Positions 37,266 through 46,590 of a DNA stretch of 64,000 nt are shown here, piece by piece. Source of the stretch: Acidobacteriota bacterium. GTDB taxonomy: Bacteria; Acidobacteriota; UBA4820; DSQY01. Made by a program: the position numbers and the translations under genes. Positions within the stretch are counted from its first letter, which is position 1. Each line of letters begins with the position of its first letter. The notes below the pieces were generated by a model. The model was given only the letters and a program-made list of their open reading frames with translations. It had not been told where the DNA came from and did no database searches. Location of the stretch: NCBI GenBank assembly GCA_021787565.1, contig JAJYLT010000001.1, forward strand, positions 99,298 to 163,297, written 5' to 3'.

Positions 37266-37885
37266 GCGGTCAGCTCGGGAAGGAGCCGGAGGAAGGTCGG
37301 ATAGTCGGTGCAGGCCAGGAACTTGTTGGCCGCCAGCTCCTCGCCCAGGCTCCGGCTCTCCACGCTCCCGTAGTGGTGACCGGGGTGGATGGCGAGCTCG
37401 GGCGGCAGCGCCCTGAGCCTCGCCAGGCTCCGGAACATGGCGGCCGGATCGCCTCCGGCGAGGTCGGTCCGCCCGATCCAATCCACGAAGAGGACGTCTC
37501 CCGTGAAGAGGGCGCCGCCCACCCGGTAGCAGACCCCTCCGGGCGTGTGGCCCGGCGTATGGATGGCCTCCACGCCGTCGAGGGCGGGAACCGGACCCTC
37601 GCTGGGGAGAGGGGCGGCCCCCCGGATGCGTGCCGCCTCGATCGGGTGGACCCAGACCCGGAGATTTCGCCCGGCCCGCAGGCGGTTGAGCGAGGCCACG
37701 TGGTCGCCGTGGGTGTGGGTCAGGAGGACCTCGGTGAGCCTCCTTCCGTCGCGCGAGCAGGCGTCGAGGATAGCCTCGCCGGCGTAGGAGGGGTCCACGC
37801 ACCAAGCCTCCGGAGCGTGCTCTGGATAGATCAGGTAGGAGCGGTTGGCGTCGCCGCCGGCGTCGATGGTCACGATGTGAAACAT
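37262..37885 (-). CDS. MBL-fold metallo-hydrolase (hydroxyacylglutathione hydrolase-like)
   Basis: LLTHTHGDHV (HxHxDH), HTPGHTPGG and GDVLF. Its stop overlaps the dedA start. Confidence 0.8.
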   Translation of the reverse strand: MFHIVTIDAGGDANRSYLIYPEHAPEAWCVDPSYAGEAILDACSRDGRRLTEVLLTHTHGDHVASLNRLRAGRNLRVWVHPIEAARIRGAAPLPSEGPVPALDGVEAIHTPGHTPGGVCYRVGGALFTGDVLFVDWIGRTDLAGGDPAAMFRSLARLRALPPELAIHPGHHYGSVESRSLGEELAANKFLACTDYPTFLRLLPELTA

Positions 37886-37977
37886 GGTGCTAGTCCCGAC
37901 CGCCGGGAAGCTCCCGACGCTGTGCGCCCGAGGCCGGACTCGTGATGGGAGGCCGGCCTCGGACGAGTTGAAGACGG

Positions 37978-38406
37978 CTAGAAAGGAATGTCGTCGTCGT
38001 TGTACTCGGGGGCCTTGTCCGAGGCGCCGCGGCTGCCTTCGCCCTTGCCTTCGCCCCTGCCTTCGCCGCCGGCCTCGCCCTTGCCGAGCATGACCAGGCT
38101 GTCGGCGCGGACCTCGGTGACGGTCTTTTCCACGCCATCCCGGTCCTTGTAAGTGCGGGACCGGATGGCTCCCTCAATGTAGACCTGCCGGCCCTTGTGC
38201 AGGTACTCCCCGCAGATCTCGGCCAGCTTGCCCCACACGACGATGCGGTGCCATTCGGTGTGCTCCTGCTTCTGGCCGTCCTTGTCCTTCCAGGTCTCGT
38301 TGGTGGCCAGGGTGAAGGTGGCCACCGGGGCCCCGTTGGGGGTGTACCTGAGTTCGGGGTCGCGGCCCAGGTTGCCGACCAGAATCACCTTATTCACGCT
38401 GCCCAT
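37978..38406 (-). CDS. ssb: Single-stranded DNA-binding protein
   Basis: [37 protein letters not shown]...[13 protein letters not shown]... with a Gly-rich tail ending in the acidic DDDIPF tip. Confidence 0.9.
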   Translation of the reverse strand: MGSVNKVILVGNLGRDPELRYTPNGAPVATFTLATNETWKDKDGQKQEHTEWHRIVVWGKLAEICGEYLHKGRQVYIEGAIRSRTYKDRDGVEKTVTEVRADSLVMLGKGEAGGEGRGEGKGEGSRGASDKAPEYNDDDIPF

Positions 38407-38470
38407 GGAACCCTCCTTCCGTTCGCCCGTGCAAGGCTTCGTGGCTATGCTCTCGGTTCCGCTATAATAC

Positions 38471-39058
38471 GTGGCTTGGCCGGAGGTGTCAAACGTGCGG
38501 ATCGTGGGGGGCGTGCTGAGGGGGCGGAAACTGGCGGTGCCCAAGGGGGACGCGACGCGACCCACGCTGGAACGGGTGCGCGAGGCCCTCTTCGACATCC
38601 TTCAGCGGGAGATAGCCGGAGCGGGCTTTCTGGACCTCTACGCGGGTACCGGGGCGGTGGGGATCGAGGCCTGGAGCCGCGGTGCCCGCCCGGTGGTCTT
38701 CGTGGAGGAGCGCGGGCAGGCCGTCGCCGCGCTGCGGCGAAACATGGAATCGCTCGGCGTGACCGAGATGGCCCGGGTCCTGCCCCTGCCCGCCGCCAGG
38801 GCCCTCAGGCTCCTGGGTGCCGAAGGGTTCCGCGCCGCGGTCATCTTCGCCGACCCACCCTACGCCGATCCCCGCTGGCCGGATCTCCTGGCGGGCCTGG
38901 GGGAATCCGGGCTCCTCGCGCCCGGGGGCGTCCTCGTGGTGGAGCACGCCCTCAAGAGGCCGCCTGAAACGCCCGCGGGTCTGGAACGAGGCCGCTCGTA
39001 CAAGTACGGCGACACGGGCCTTACGGTGTTTTGGGGGACTAGGGGAGTAGGTGACTAG
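38471..39058 (+). CDS. rsmD: 16S rRNA (guanine966-N2)-methyltransferase RsmD
   Basis: [35 protein letters not shown]...[18 protein letters not shown]...IFADPPY. GTG start. The last codons and the stop lie inside the 9-bp tandem repeat. Confidence 0.75.
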   Translation: MAWPEVSNVRIVGGVLRGRKLAVPKGDATRPTLERVREALFDILQREIAGAGFLDLYAGTGAVGIEAWSRGARPVVFVEERGQAVAALRRNMESLGVTEMARVLPLPAARALRLLGAEGFRAAVIFADPPYADPRWPDLLAGLGESGLLAPGGVLVVEHALKRPPETPAGLERGRSYKYGDTGLTVFWGTRGVGD

Positions 39059-39180
39059 GTGACTAGGGGACTAGGGGACTAGGGGAGTAGGTGACTAGGT
39101 GACTAGGGGACTAGGGGACTAGGGGACTAGGGGACTAGGGGACTAGGGGACTAGGGGACTAGGGGACTAGGTGATTAGGG
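39035..39180. repeat. Tandem array of ~16 copies of a 9-bp unit (GGGACTAGG / GTGACTAGG / GGGAGTAGG)
   Basis: gggactaggggagtaggtgactaggtgactaggggactagg... The array overlaps the rsmD stop codon and fills the rsmD-selB intergenic region. Confidence 0.7.
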
Positions 39181-39357
39181 AAAGAAGGGTATCGGTGGCT
39201 CTTGAGTCTGGCTTCTTGCGTCTTGCACCGCCGACGCACGGGGCCGTGGCGCGGCCGCCCTCGGCCGCGACTCCTTCTGTTCGCCGCCGCGGCGGGCGGG
39301 GGCGTCCGCCCCGCGGCTCCTCCGCCGATGTCCACCTGGCCGCGTGGAGCGGGCCCC

Positions 39358-41256
39358 ATGCGTGACGTCGTCGTCGGCACGGCGGGGCACATCGACCACG
39401 GCAAGACCCTCCTGGTCAAGGCGCTGACCGGCACGGACGCGGACCGCTGGGAGGAGGAGAAGCGCCGCGGCATCACCCTGGACATCGGCTTCGCCACCCT
39501 GGCCACGGAGCGGGGCACGCTCCACTTCGTGGACCTGCCGGGGCACGAGCGCTTCATCAAGAACATGCTGGCCGGCGCCACCGGCATCGACCTCTGCCTC
39601 CTGGTGGTGGCGGCGGACGAATCGGTCATGCCTCAGACCGTCGAGCACGCCGAGATCCTGGAGCTCCTCGGGGTGAGGCGCGGCGTGGTGGCGCTGAACA
39701 AGATCGACCTGGTGGACGCCGAGACGCGCGGGATCGCCCAGCTCGAACTGGAGGAGTTCCTGGCCGCGCACGGCCTGGGCCACCTGCCCGTGGTTCCCGT
39801 GAGCGCCGCCACGGGCGAGGGGGTGCGGGCGCTCGCCGAGGAGCTCTTCAGGCAGGCCCAGTCGTGCCCCGAGCCGCCCAAGGACCGCCCCTTCCGCCTC
39901 CCCGTGGACCGGGTCTTCCCGGTGAAGGGCTTCGGAACCGTCGTGACGGGAACGTGCGTGGACGGGGCGCTGGCCGTGGGGGAGCAGGTCCGGCTCTACC
40001 CGCGGGGCGGTTCGAGCCGGGTCAGGGGCCTCCAGATCTTCGGGCGCCCCGTGGAGCGCGCGGCGGCCGGCCAGCGCGTCGCCGTGAACCTGCCCGACCT
40101 CAAGCACGAGGACCTGCGGCGGGGCTGCCTGGCCGCCTCGCCGGGCTCGGTCAGCCCCGCGCGATTGCTCACGGTCCGGGTTCGCGTGCTCCCGTCGGCG
40201 AGGATCCCCCTGCGGTCGGGAGTGCTCTGCACGCTCCACCTCCACACGCAGGAGCTGGAGGCGCACCTCCACGTGCGGGCGCGGAAGGAGCTGGCGCCGG
40301 GCGAGGAGGGGCTGGCCCAGCTCAGGATGGCCGAGGAGGTCGCCGCCTGGCCGGGGGACCGCTTCATCCTCCGGCTGCCCTCGCCGGTGCGCACGGTGGC
40401 CGGCGGCGAGGTGCTCATGATCGCGCGCAGGAAGTGCCGCTGGCAGAGGGAGCGCGACGCCCGGAGCGCCGCGGCTTTGGCCGGGGGTGACGGTCTGGCG
40501 GGCCTCCTCATCGAGGCCGGCCCAGCCGGAACGGACCCGGAGGAGGTGGCGGCGCGGCTGGGCGTGACCCTGCCTCTGCTGGAGATCGAGGCGAGGAGGG
40601 CCGAAGCCTCCGGACGATTGGTGCGATGGGGCGAGGGCCGCTGGTGGCTGGACGGCGCCGAGGCGGAGGCCTGGCTCCGGCGCGCCGAGGCGTGGGTGAA
40701 GTCGAAGGTCCAGGGCGGATCGCCGGTGACCTGGGTCCCTCGCCAGGAGCTGCTCGGGCGCTGGCTCAGGGTCCTGGGCGCCGAACGGGGGGCAGACCTG
40801 GTCTCCGCCCTCGTGGAGGCCGGGCGGCTGGAGGCCGAGGGCGACCGCCTCCGGCTCGCGGGCTACACGGCCCAGCTCACGCCGGCGCAGCGCCAGGCTG
40901 CCCAGCGGGTGCGCGCCGCGCTGGCGAGCCGCGAGAACCCCGTGCAGACGGGCAGGGAGCTGGAGGCGGCCTGGGGCCCCGAGGTGCGCAGCGTCCTGCC
41001 CCTTCTGGCCGAGTCGGGAGAGGTGGTCCGCTTCGGCGGCGACTGCTTCCTGGCCTCCGAGACCCTCGCCCGCCTCCGGGACCTCCTCCTGGCCTGGTCC
41101 GCCGCTCACGGGGGCGCCATCACCGTCCCGGAATTCAAAGACCTGCTGGGCATCACGCGCAAGTACGCCATGCCGCTCCTGGAGGCCCTCGACGACCGGA
41201 AGTGGACCCGCCGCGACGGCGAGGGCCGGCGCATCCTGCTGAAGGCGGAGGCGTGA
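39358..41256 (+). CDS. selB: Selenocysteine-specific translation elongation factor SelB
   Basis: [46 protein letters not shown]...[14 protein letters not shown]...NKIDLV is the EF-Tu-like GTPase. C-terminal winged-helix domains follow. Confidence 0.85.
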   Translation: MRDVVVGTAGHIDHGKTLLVKALTGTDADRWEEEKRRGITLDIGFATLATERGTLHFVDLPGHERFIKNMLAGATGIDLCLLVVAADESVMPQTVEHAEILELLGVRRGVVALNKIDLVDAETRGIAQLELEEFLAAHGLGHLPVVPVSAATGEGVRALAEELFRQAQSCPEPPKDRPFRLPVDRVFPVKGFGTVVTGTCVDGALAVGEQVRLYPRGGSSRVRGLQIFGRPVERAAAGQRVAVNLPDLKHEDLRRGCLAASPGSVSPARLLTVRVRVLPSARIPLRSGVLCTLHLHTQELEAHLHVRARKELAPGEEGLAQLRMAEEVAAWPGDRFILRLPSPVRTVAGGEVLMIARRKCRWQRERDARSAAALAGGDGLAGLLIEAGPAGTDPEEVAARLGVTLPLLEIEARRAEASGRLVRWGEGRWWLDGAEAEAWLRRAEAWVKSKVQGGSPVTWVPRQELLGRWLRVLGAERGADLVSALVEAGRLEAEGDRLRLAGYTAQLTPAQRQAAQRVRAALASRENPVQTGRELEAAWGPEVRSVLPLLAESGEVVRFGGDCFLASETLARLRDLLLAWSAAHGGAITVPEFKDLLGITRKYAMPLLEALDDRKWTRRDGEGRRILLKAEA

Positions 41257-41269
41257 GCGCGAGACGTGG

Positions 41270-41384
41270 GAAGCGATTGAGCGAGAAGCGATTAAGCGAG
41301 AAGCGATTAGGCGATTAAGCAAGACGCGATTAAGCGATGAAGCGATGAAGCGATTAGGCGATGAAGCGATGAAGCGGGACGGAG
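41270..41384. repeat. Degenerate tandem repeats of a ~9-10 bp unit (GAAGCGATNA), left array
   Basis: gaagcgattgagcgagaagcgattaagcgagaagcgattaggcgattaagcaagacgcgattaagcgatgaagcgatgaagcgattaggcgatgaagcgatgaagcg. Confidence 0.6.
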
Positions 41385-41419
41385 ATGGGCCGACGGGCAA
41401 ATGGCCGCCTCCCTTTCCC

Positions 41420-41476
41420 GTCATTCTGGCGAGCGAAGCGAGTCCAGAATCCGATTCCGGACAAGCCGGAATGACG
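41420..41476. repeat. REP-like element family A (two units) embedded between GAAGCGAT repeat arrays
   Basis: tcattctggcgagcgaagcgagtccagaatccgattccggacaagccggaatgacgg. Confidence 0.5.
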
Positions 41477-41515
41477 GTGCAAGGGGAGACGCCCAAAGGG
41501 GGCGCGGAGACGTGG

Positions 41516-41690
41516 AAAGCAATGAAGCGATGAAGCGATTAAGCGAGAAGCGATGAAGCAAGAAGCAATGAAGCGAGGCGCAAAGGCGGTTTTCTCTCCC
41601 TCCCCACCTAATCGCTGCATCGCGCAATTGCTCAATCGCCTAATTCCTTCATCGCTCATCCCCTCACCACCTCCCCGCCCCAATCCCCCC
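41516..41690. repeat. Second GAAGCGATNA repeat array (41516-41580) followed by the same motif on the opposite strand (41600-41665)
   Basis: aatgaagcgatgaagcgattaagcgagaagcgatgaagcaagaagcaatgaagcgagg, then ctaatcgctgcatcgcgcaattgctcaatcgcctaattccttcatcgctcatc (reverse complement of GCGAT-type units). Confidence 0.5.
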
Positions 41691-41693
41691 ACT

Positions 41694-41722
41694 TTGCGTC
41701 GCGGCGGCAAAACCGCTAGAAT
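41694..41722 (+). promoter_or_regulatory. Putative sigma-70 promoter (TTGCGT-17-TAGAAT) for the rubrerythrin-like/nifS-like/fdx/EBP gene string
   Basis: acTTGCGTcgcggcggcaaaaccgcTAGAATccaccc, 25 nt upstream of the ATG at 41747. Confidence 0.35.
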
Positions 41723-41746
41723 CCACCCTTGGAAAGCGAGGGGCCC

Positions 41747-41950
41747 ATGGATCCCAATATGAGTCCTGCCGATATCCTTCGTATGGCGCTGGAAAAGGAG
41801 AAGGAGGCGCTGCGCTTCTACGAGGAGGCCTGCGCCATCGTCAACCACCCGGCCGCCAAGGTGACGCTCCAGGCCATGGCCGAGGAGGAGCGCGGTCACA
41901 TCCGCAAGATCGAGGAGGAGCTGGACCGCTTCTTCTACGCGGACAACTGA
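41747..41950 (+). CDS. Small rubrerythrin/ferritin-like protein
   Basis: MDPNMSPADILRMALEKEKEALRFYEEACAIVNHPAAKVTLQAMAEEERGHIRKIEEEL. The E..EE.RGH motif is a ferritin-like di-iron half-site. The ORF-track start at 41729 is a TTG. Confidence 0.5.
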   Translation: MDPNMSPADILRMALEKEKEALRFYEEACAIVNHPAAKVTLQAMAEEERGHIRKIEEELDRFFYADN

Positions 41951-41955
41951 CGCGC

Positions 41956-43098
41956 ATGAGACTCCCCGGCGGCCGGATCTACCTGGACTGCAACGCCACC
42001 ACTCCCATCGCTCCCGAGGCGCTCGCCGACCTTCAGGCCCGCCTGGGGGAGTGTTTCGCCAACCCCTCCAGCGGCTACCGGGAGGGCAGGGTGGCCCGGG
42101 AGGTGCTGGAGCGCGCGCGCGGCGAGGTGGCCGCCCTCGTGGGCTCCCTGCCCGGCGAGGTGGTCTTCACCGGTTCGGGGACCGAGGCCAACCACCTGGC
42201 CCTCCAGTCCGCCGTGGCCGGCCGGTCGGGGCGGCGGCGGGTCCTCATGTCGGCCATCGAGCACCCGTCGGTCATCGGCCAGCGCGAGCGCCTCGAAGCC
42301 ATGGGGGGCGAGGTGGAGGAGCTTCCGGTAGACCCCCTCGGCCGTCTGGACCTGCCGCGGATGGACGCTCTCATGGGCGAGGACGTGGCCGTGGTCTCCC
42401 TGATGACGGCGCACAACGAAACCGGCGTCCTCCAGCCCGTGGAGGCGGTCGGAGCCGCGTGCCGGAGGTGGGGGTCCCTCTTCCACACCGACGCGGTGCA
42501 GGCTATGGGCAAGGTGGCCTCCCCCTGGGGCTCGGCTGGGCCCGACTACCTGAGCGTGGCGGCCCACAAGTTCTACGGGCCCAAGGGCGTGGCCGCCCTG
42601 ATCGTGCGGGAGGGCGCCCCCGTGCACCCGCTCCTGATGGGGGGCGGCCAGGAGCGCGGGCGCAGGGCCTCCACGGAGGCGGTCGCCCTCGTCTCGGCCA
42701 TGGGCATCGCCGCGCGCCTGGCCCTGGACGGGCTCGGGGCGGCATCGGCCCTCAGTGCCACGAGGGACCGCCTCGAAAGCAAGCTCGTGGGCCGCTTCGG
42801 CGCCGTCCTCTTCGGGGACCGGGCCGCGCGGCTTCCCAACACGACCTTCTTCGCCATTCCCGGAGCGGACGCGGCCGCGCTGGTGGAGCGGCTGGATGCG
42901 GAGGGCTTCGCCCTCTCCACGGGCTCGGCCTGCCACAGCGGCCGGCGCGGCGCCCCGGCGGTCCTCGAAAGCATGGGGGTGGCGGACCTCGCACCGGCCG
43001 GCGCCCTCAGGGTCAGCCTCGGGCGGGGGACGGTCCCGGAAGAACTGGACGCGTTCCTGGAGGCACTGCCCCGCGCCATCGGCGCGGCGCGGGTGTGA
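41956..43098 (+). CDS. Cysteine desulfurase family protein (class V aminotransferase, NifS/IscS-like; could act as a selenocysteine lyase)
   Basis: IYLDCNATTPIAPEALADL..., TGSGTEANHLAL, the PLP-lysine region SVAAHKFYGPKGVAALIVRE and the active-site Cys near LSTGSACHSG. Confidence 0.8.
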   Translation: MRLPGGRIYLDCNATTPIAPEALADLQARLGECFANPSSGYREGRVAREVLERARGEVAALVGSLPGEVVFTGSGTEANHLALQSAVAGRSGRRRVLMSAIEHPSVIGQRERLEAMGGEVEELPVDPLGRLDLPRMDALMGEDVAVVSLMTAHNETGVLQPVEAVGAACRRWGSLFHTDAVQAMGKVASPWGSAGPDYLSVAAHKFYGPKGVAALIVREGAPVHPLLMGGGQERGRRASTEAVALVSAMGIAARLALDGLGAASALSATRDRLESKLVGRFGAVLFGDRAARLPNTTFFAIPGADAAALVERLDAEGFALSTGSACHSGRRGAPAVLESMGVADLAPAGALRVSLGRGTVPEELDAFLEALPRAIGAARV

Positions 43099-43102
43099 TA
43101 GC

Positions 43103-43402
43103 ATGGAATCCACGGGCGAGAAGAGCGAGCGCACCGAGCGGGTCTACGTCTTCGTCTGCAAGGGGGACAGTTGCTCGAAGAGGGGAACCCCGGACCGGCT
43201 CCGGGTGGCCATCAAGCAGGTGCTCCGGGACTTTCCGGCCCAGAGCGTGAAGCTCTCCTTCGTGTCGTGCCTGTCCATGTGCGGCGAGGGCCCGAACGTC
43301 CTGATCTGCAAGGGCGGCACGGCCTTCCACCGGTGTTCCGGCCCGGAGGCCGGCGCGGTGGCGGAGGAGGTGAGGGAGATCCTTGAACGACCTGATCCGT
43401 GA
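43103..43402 (+). CDS. Thioredoxin-like (2Fe-2S) ferredoxin-domain protein
   Basis: MESTGEKSERTERVYVFVCKGDSCSKRGTPDRL...SFVSCLSMCGEGPNVLICKG shows a C-x4-C ... C-x3-C pattern, 99 aa. Confidence 0.55.
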   Translation: MESTGEKSERTERVYVFVCKGDSCSKRGTPDRLRVAIKQVLRDFPAQSVKLSFVSCLSMCGEGPNVLICKGGTAFHRCSGPEAGAVAEEVREILERPDP

Positions 43403-44747
43403 CCCGCACGCCCTCAAAGTCCTGGAGAACCTGAGCGACGGGGTGATCGTCACGAACCTCGAGCGCAAGATCGTCTTCATCAACGAGCGGGCGAGGAACC
43501 TTCTCGGCTACGCCGAGGGGGAGGCCGTCGAGAAGCGCTGCAAGACCGTCACCCACAGCTCGGAGTGCGAGTTCAGCTGTCCGATGACGCAGGCCATTCA
43601 GCTCGACAGGGACCTCAAGGGCGTGGAGATGTGGTACCAGACCAAGTCCGGCCAGCAGATCCGCTGCGTCACCAACGTGCTGCTGCTCAGGGACGAGGCC
43701 GGCAAAGTGGTGGGCGGCGTGGAGCTCTTCACCGACATCACCCAGCTCTACCAGCTCCAGGAGAAGGCCGAGGAGCGCTTCGCCTTCTCCAACATCGTCG
43801 GCAAGAACAAGGCCATGCGCGAGGTCTTCGAGCTGATCCAGATGGTGGCCGAGACGGATTCCACCGTCATGATCACGGGCGAGAGCGGGACGGGCAAGGA
43901 GCTGGTGGCCAACGCCATCCACTACAACTCGCTCAGGAAGAACAGGGTCTTCGTCAAGGTCAACTGCGCCGCCCTCAACGAGGGGATCCTCGAGAGCGAG
44001 ATCTTCGGGCACGTGCGGGGCGCCTTCACGGGGGCCATCGCGGACAAGATGGGCCGGTTCGAGATGGCCCACGGGGGCACCATCTTCCTGGACGAGATCG
44101 CCGAGGTGCCGCCGGCCACCCAGGTGAAGCTCCTGCGCGTCCTGCAGGAGGGCCAGCTGGAGCGCGTGGGCTCGTCCAAGAGCGTGACCGTGGACGCCCG
44201 GGTCATCGCGGCCACCAACCGCGAGCTGGAGGCGGCGCTGGAGGACGGCAGCTTCCGCCGCGACCTCTTCTACCGCCTCAACGTCTTCCGCATCCACCTG
44301 CCGCCCCTGAGGGAGCGCAAGGAGGACATCCCCCTGCTCGTGGACCACTTCCTGAAGAAGGTCTCCGCCAAGATGCCCTCCAAGCACATCGAGGGCATCG
44401 AGACCGACGCCGTGGCCCGGCTGATCGAGTACAAGTTCCCCGGCAACATCCGGGAGCTGGAGAACCTCATCGAGCACGCGGCGATCCGCAGCCGCGACGG
44501 CACCATCCGGCTCCGCGACCTGCCCCTCGCGACCCCCGTGGAGGAGGTCCCGAACCCCCAGTTCTTCCAGATCCACTCGCCCCTCGAGAGCCTGGAGCGG
44601 GACCTCATCCTGAAGCTCCTGGAGGCCAACGATTGGAAGATCAATCGCACGGCCCAGAGGCTCGGGATCAGCCGGGTCACGCTCTGGCGGAAGATGAAGG
44701 AGTACGGGATTCAGAAGGAGCCGGACGGGGCCGCGAAGGAGGGCTGA
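43383..44747 (+). CDS. Sigma-54-dependent transcriptional activator (N-terminal PAS domain with a Cys cluster, AAA+ sigma-54 interaction domain, C-terminal HTH)
   Basis: PAS region ..VIVTNLERKIVFINERARNLLGY... with CKTVTHSSECEFSCPMT. AAA+ region GESGTGKELVANAIHYNSLRKNRVFVKVNCAAL...ESEIFGHVRGAFTGA (GAFTGA motif), and a C-terminal Fis-type HTH (NRTAQRLGISRVTLWRKMKEYG). Confidence 0.85.
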   Translation: MNDLIRDPHALKVLENLSDGVIVTNLERKIVFINERARNLLGYAEGEAVEKRCKTVTHSSECEFSCPMTQAIQLDRDLKGVEMWYQTKSGQQIRCVTNVLLLRDEAGKVVGGVELFTDITQLYQLQEKAEERFAFSNIVGKNKAMREVFELIQMVAETDSTVMITGESGTGKELVANAIHYNSLRKNRVFVKVNCAALNEGILESEIFGHVRGAFTGAIADKMGRFEMAHGGTIFLDEIAEVPPATQVKLLRVLQEGQLERVGSSKSVTVDARVIAATNRELEAALEDGSFRRDLFYRLNVFRIHLPPLRERKEDIPLLVDHFLKKVSAKMPSKHIEGIETDAVARLIEYKFPGNIRELENLIEHAAIRSRDGTIRLRDLPLATPVEEVPNPQFFQIHSPLESLERDLILKLLEANDWKINRTAQRLGISRVTLWRKMKEYGIQKEPDGAAKEG

Positions 44748-44763
44748 GGCCTCCGCGGGTCCC

Positions 44764-45183
44764 TCAGCGCCGCGGCGATTCCTGCGTAGCCACCAGATCG
44801 AAGGAGATCGCGGCGGAGGCGCCTCGGGCCGAGACCACGCGGAACTCGTAGCGCCCCTCAGAGAGCGTGAGCGAATCGAGAGGCACGGGGTCCGAGACGG
44901 GGCCTCTGGGCCGCATATAATAGATGAGCACCGTCTGGGCGCCCCGGCGGATGGAAAATCCGGCGAGGCGGCGCGTTCCTCCTCCCGTACAGCAGGCCCC
45001 CGCCACCAGGTCGTCCACCCGAAAGGCCTCCGCGCGCATCCCCGCGGGCACCTCGATGGTGCCCGCCTCCGGCCGGCAGTCGGGCCCGCAGGCGGAGCGG
45101 AGAGACACCCGCCGGGCCTGCGCCAGCACCAGCACCGCCGCGCAGGCCACGAGCAGGGCGGCAAACAGCAGGCGAATTCGCAT
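44764..45183 (-). CDS. Hypothetical secreted protein
   Basis: Start MRIRLLFAALLVACAAVLVLAQA (signal peptide), 139 aa. The ORF-track 254-aa version extends upstream out of frame with the RBS. Confidence 0.4.
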   Translation of the reverse strand: MRIRLLFAALLVACAAVLVLAQARRVSLRSACGPDCRPEAGTIEVPAGMRAEAFRVDDLVAGACCTGGGTRRLAGFSIRRGAQTVLIYYMRPRGPVSDPVPLDSLTLSEGRYEFRVVSARGASAAISFDLVATQESPRR

Positions 45184-45364
45184 GAGGGGCCTCCGGGCCC
45201 GAGCATAACACCGCGGGCGGCCCGGACGAAGCGGGCGACCCGTCGAGCCGCGCGGACCGGCTCCGGCCCCTTGGCCCCCTCGGTCCGGTATGGGACAATC
45301 ACCAGAGGCGCCGGAGGCGAGTCGGGCCCCGGAGCCGTTCCGATTCAACCCAGGAGCCAGCGCC

Positions 45365-45889
45365 ATGCCTGACCGGCCGTTCGTGCTCTCCGTGGTGGGA
45401 CGCAGCAACTCGGGCAAGACCACGCTCATCGTCAAGCTGCTGCCGTGGCTCTCCGCGAGGGGGTGGCGCGTGGGCACGCTCAAGCACGACGTGCACGGCT
45501 TCACCATGGACCACGAGGGCAAGGACACCTACCGCCACTTCGAGGCCGGCGCGCGCCGCGTCGTCATCGCCGGCACCACCGAACTGGCCCTGCGCGAGCG
45601 CCTCGACGAGCCCCCCGAGCGCGAGGCGGTGATCGAGCGCTTCTTCCGGGGCATGGACCTGGTGATCACCGAGGGCTACAAGACGGGGCGGTGGCTCAAG
45701 ATCGAGGTGGTGCGGAGCGCCCTCTCCTCCCAGCCCCTTTGCCTGGGCGACGAGACCCTGGTAGCCTTGGCGACGGACCTTCCCGCCCCCCTGCCCGTGC
45801 CGGTTTTCGGACTGGAGGAGGTGGAGGCGCTGGGATCCTGGATCGAGCAGCGGTTCCTGGGAGGGCCCCGGGAAGGGGAGAGGCCATGA
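45365..45889 (+). CDS. mobB: Molybdopterin-guanine dinucleotide biosynthesis adapter protein MobB
   Basis: MPDRPFVLSVVGRSNSGKTTLIVKLLPWLSARGWRVGTLKHDVHGFTMDHEGKDTYRH... (Walker A GRSNSGKTT). Confidence 0.8.
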   Translation: MPDRPFVLSVVGRSNSGKTTLIVKLLPWLSARGWRVGTLKHDVHGFTMDHEGKDTYRHFEAGARRVVIAGTTELALRERLDEPPEREAVIERFFRGMDLVITEGYKTGRWLKIEVVRSALSSQPLCLGDETLVALATDLPAPLPVPVFGLEEVEALGSWIEQRFLGGPREGERP

Positions 45890-46590
45890 CGAATTCCGGG
45901 TGCCCCCTCTGCGGCGGGCACGGATACCTGGTGGAGGAGGACGAGGGCCGCCTGGTGGCCAAGCCCTGCCAGTGCCGCGTGACGGAGCGGGCGGGAGAGC
46001 GGATGGCCGCCTCGGGCATCCCCGAGCGCTACCGCTTCAAGTACGTCTTCGAGCGCTACCGCCCCGAGCCCGGGACGGGGCAGGACGAGGCCCTCACCAT
46101 CGCGCGCGGCTACGCCGAGAACTTCCCCGCCGTGCCGGAGGAGAAGAACGGCCTGCTCTTCATCGGCCCCTGCGGTGTCGGCAAGACGCACCTGGCGGTG
46201 GCCATCCTCATGGAGGTCGTGATGCGCAAGGGCCTTCCGGCCCTCTTCGTGGACCTCAACGACCTCTACCGGGAGATCCGCAACACCTACAACAACCGCG
46301 AGGCCGAGGCCACCGAGTACGACATCATGGGCCCCCTGGTGGAGGCCCCGCTCCTGCTCATCGACGAGCTGGGCTGCCTCAACAGCCCGTGGGCCCAGGA
46401 CACCCTCCACTACCTCATCAGCCAGCGCTACAACCGGCTCAAGCCCACCCTCTGCACGAGCAATTTCCCCGACGGCCCCGGCTCCGGGGTCTCCACGCTG
46501 GAGGAGCGCATCGGCACCCCCACGCGCTCCCGCCTCTACGAGATGTGCAGGGCCGTCGCCATGGACGGCAAGGACCGCCGGCGCGGATAG
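45886..46590 (+). CDS. DnaC/IstB-like AAA+ ATPase with N-terminal Cys4 zinc-binding motif
   Basis: MTNSGCPLCGGHGYLV...KPCQCRV, Walker A LLFIGPCGVGKTHLAVAIL, Walker B LLLIDELG and sensor ...LCTSNF. The start overlaps the mobB stop (ATGA). Confidence 0.65.
   Translation: MTNSGCPLCGGHGYLVEEDEGRLVAKPCQCRVTERAGERMAASGIPERYRFKYVFERYRPEPGTGQDEALTIARGYAENFPAVPEEKNGLLFIGPCGVGKTHLAVAILMEVVMRKGLPALFVDLNDLYREIRNTYNNREAEATEYDIMGPLVEAPLLLIDELGCLNSPWAQDTLHYLISQRYNRLKPTLCTSNFPDGPGSGVSTLEERIGTPTRSRLYEMCRAVAMDGKDRRRG

Noticed and set aside
36636-37805. 389-aa ORF covering dedA and most of the MBL gene
   Set aside because: The upstream 180 codons are an out-of-frame overlap with the MBL-fold gene. The true DedA start is MSQAF at 37265.
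39035-39180. Possible CRISPR array (regular short repeats)
   Set aside because: The units are 9 bp and directly abutting with no spacers, so this is a minisatellite and not a CRISPR. The same reasoning applies to the GAAGCGAT arrays at 41270-41580.
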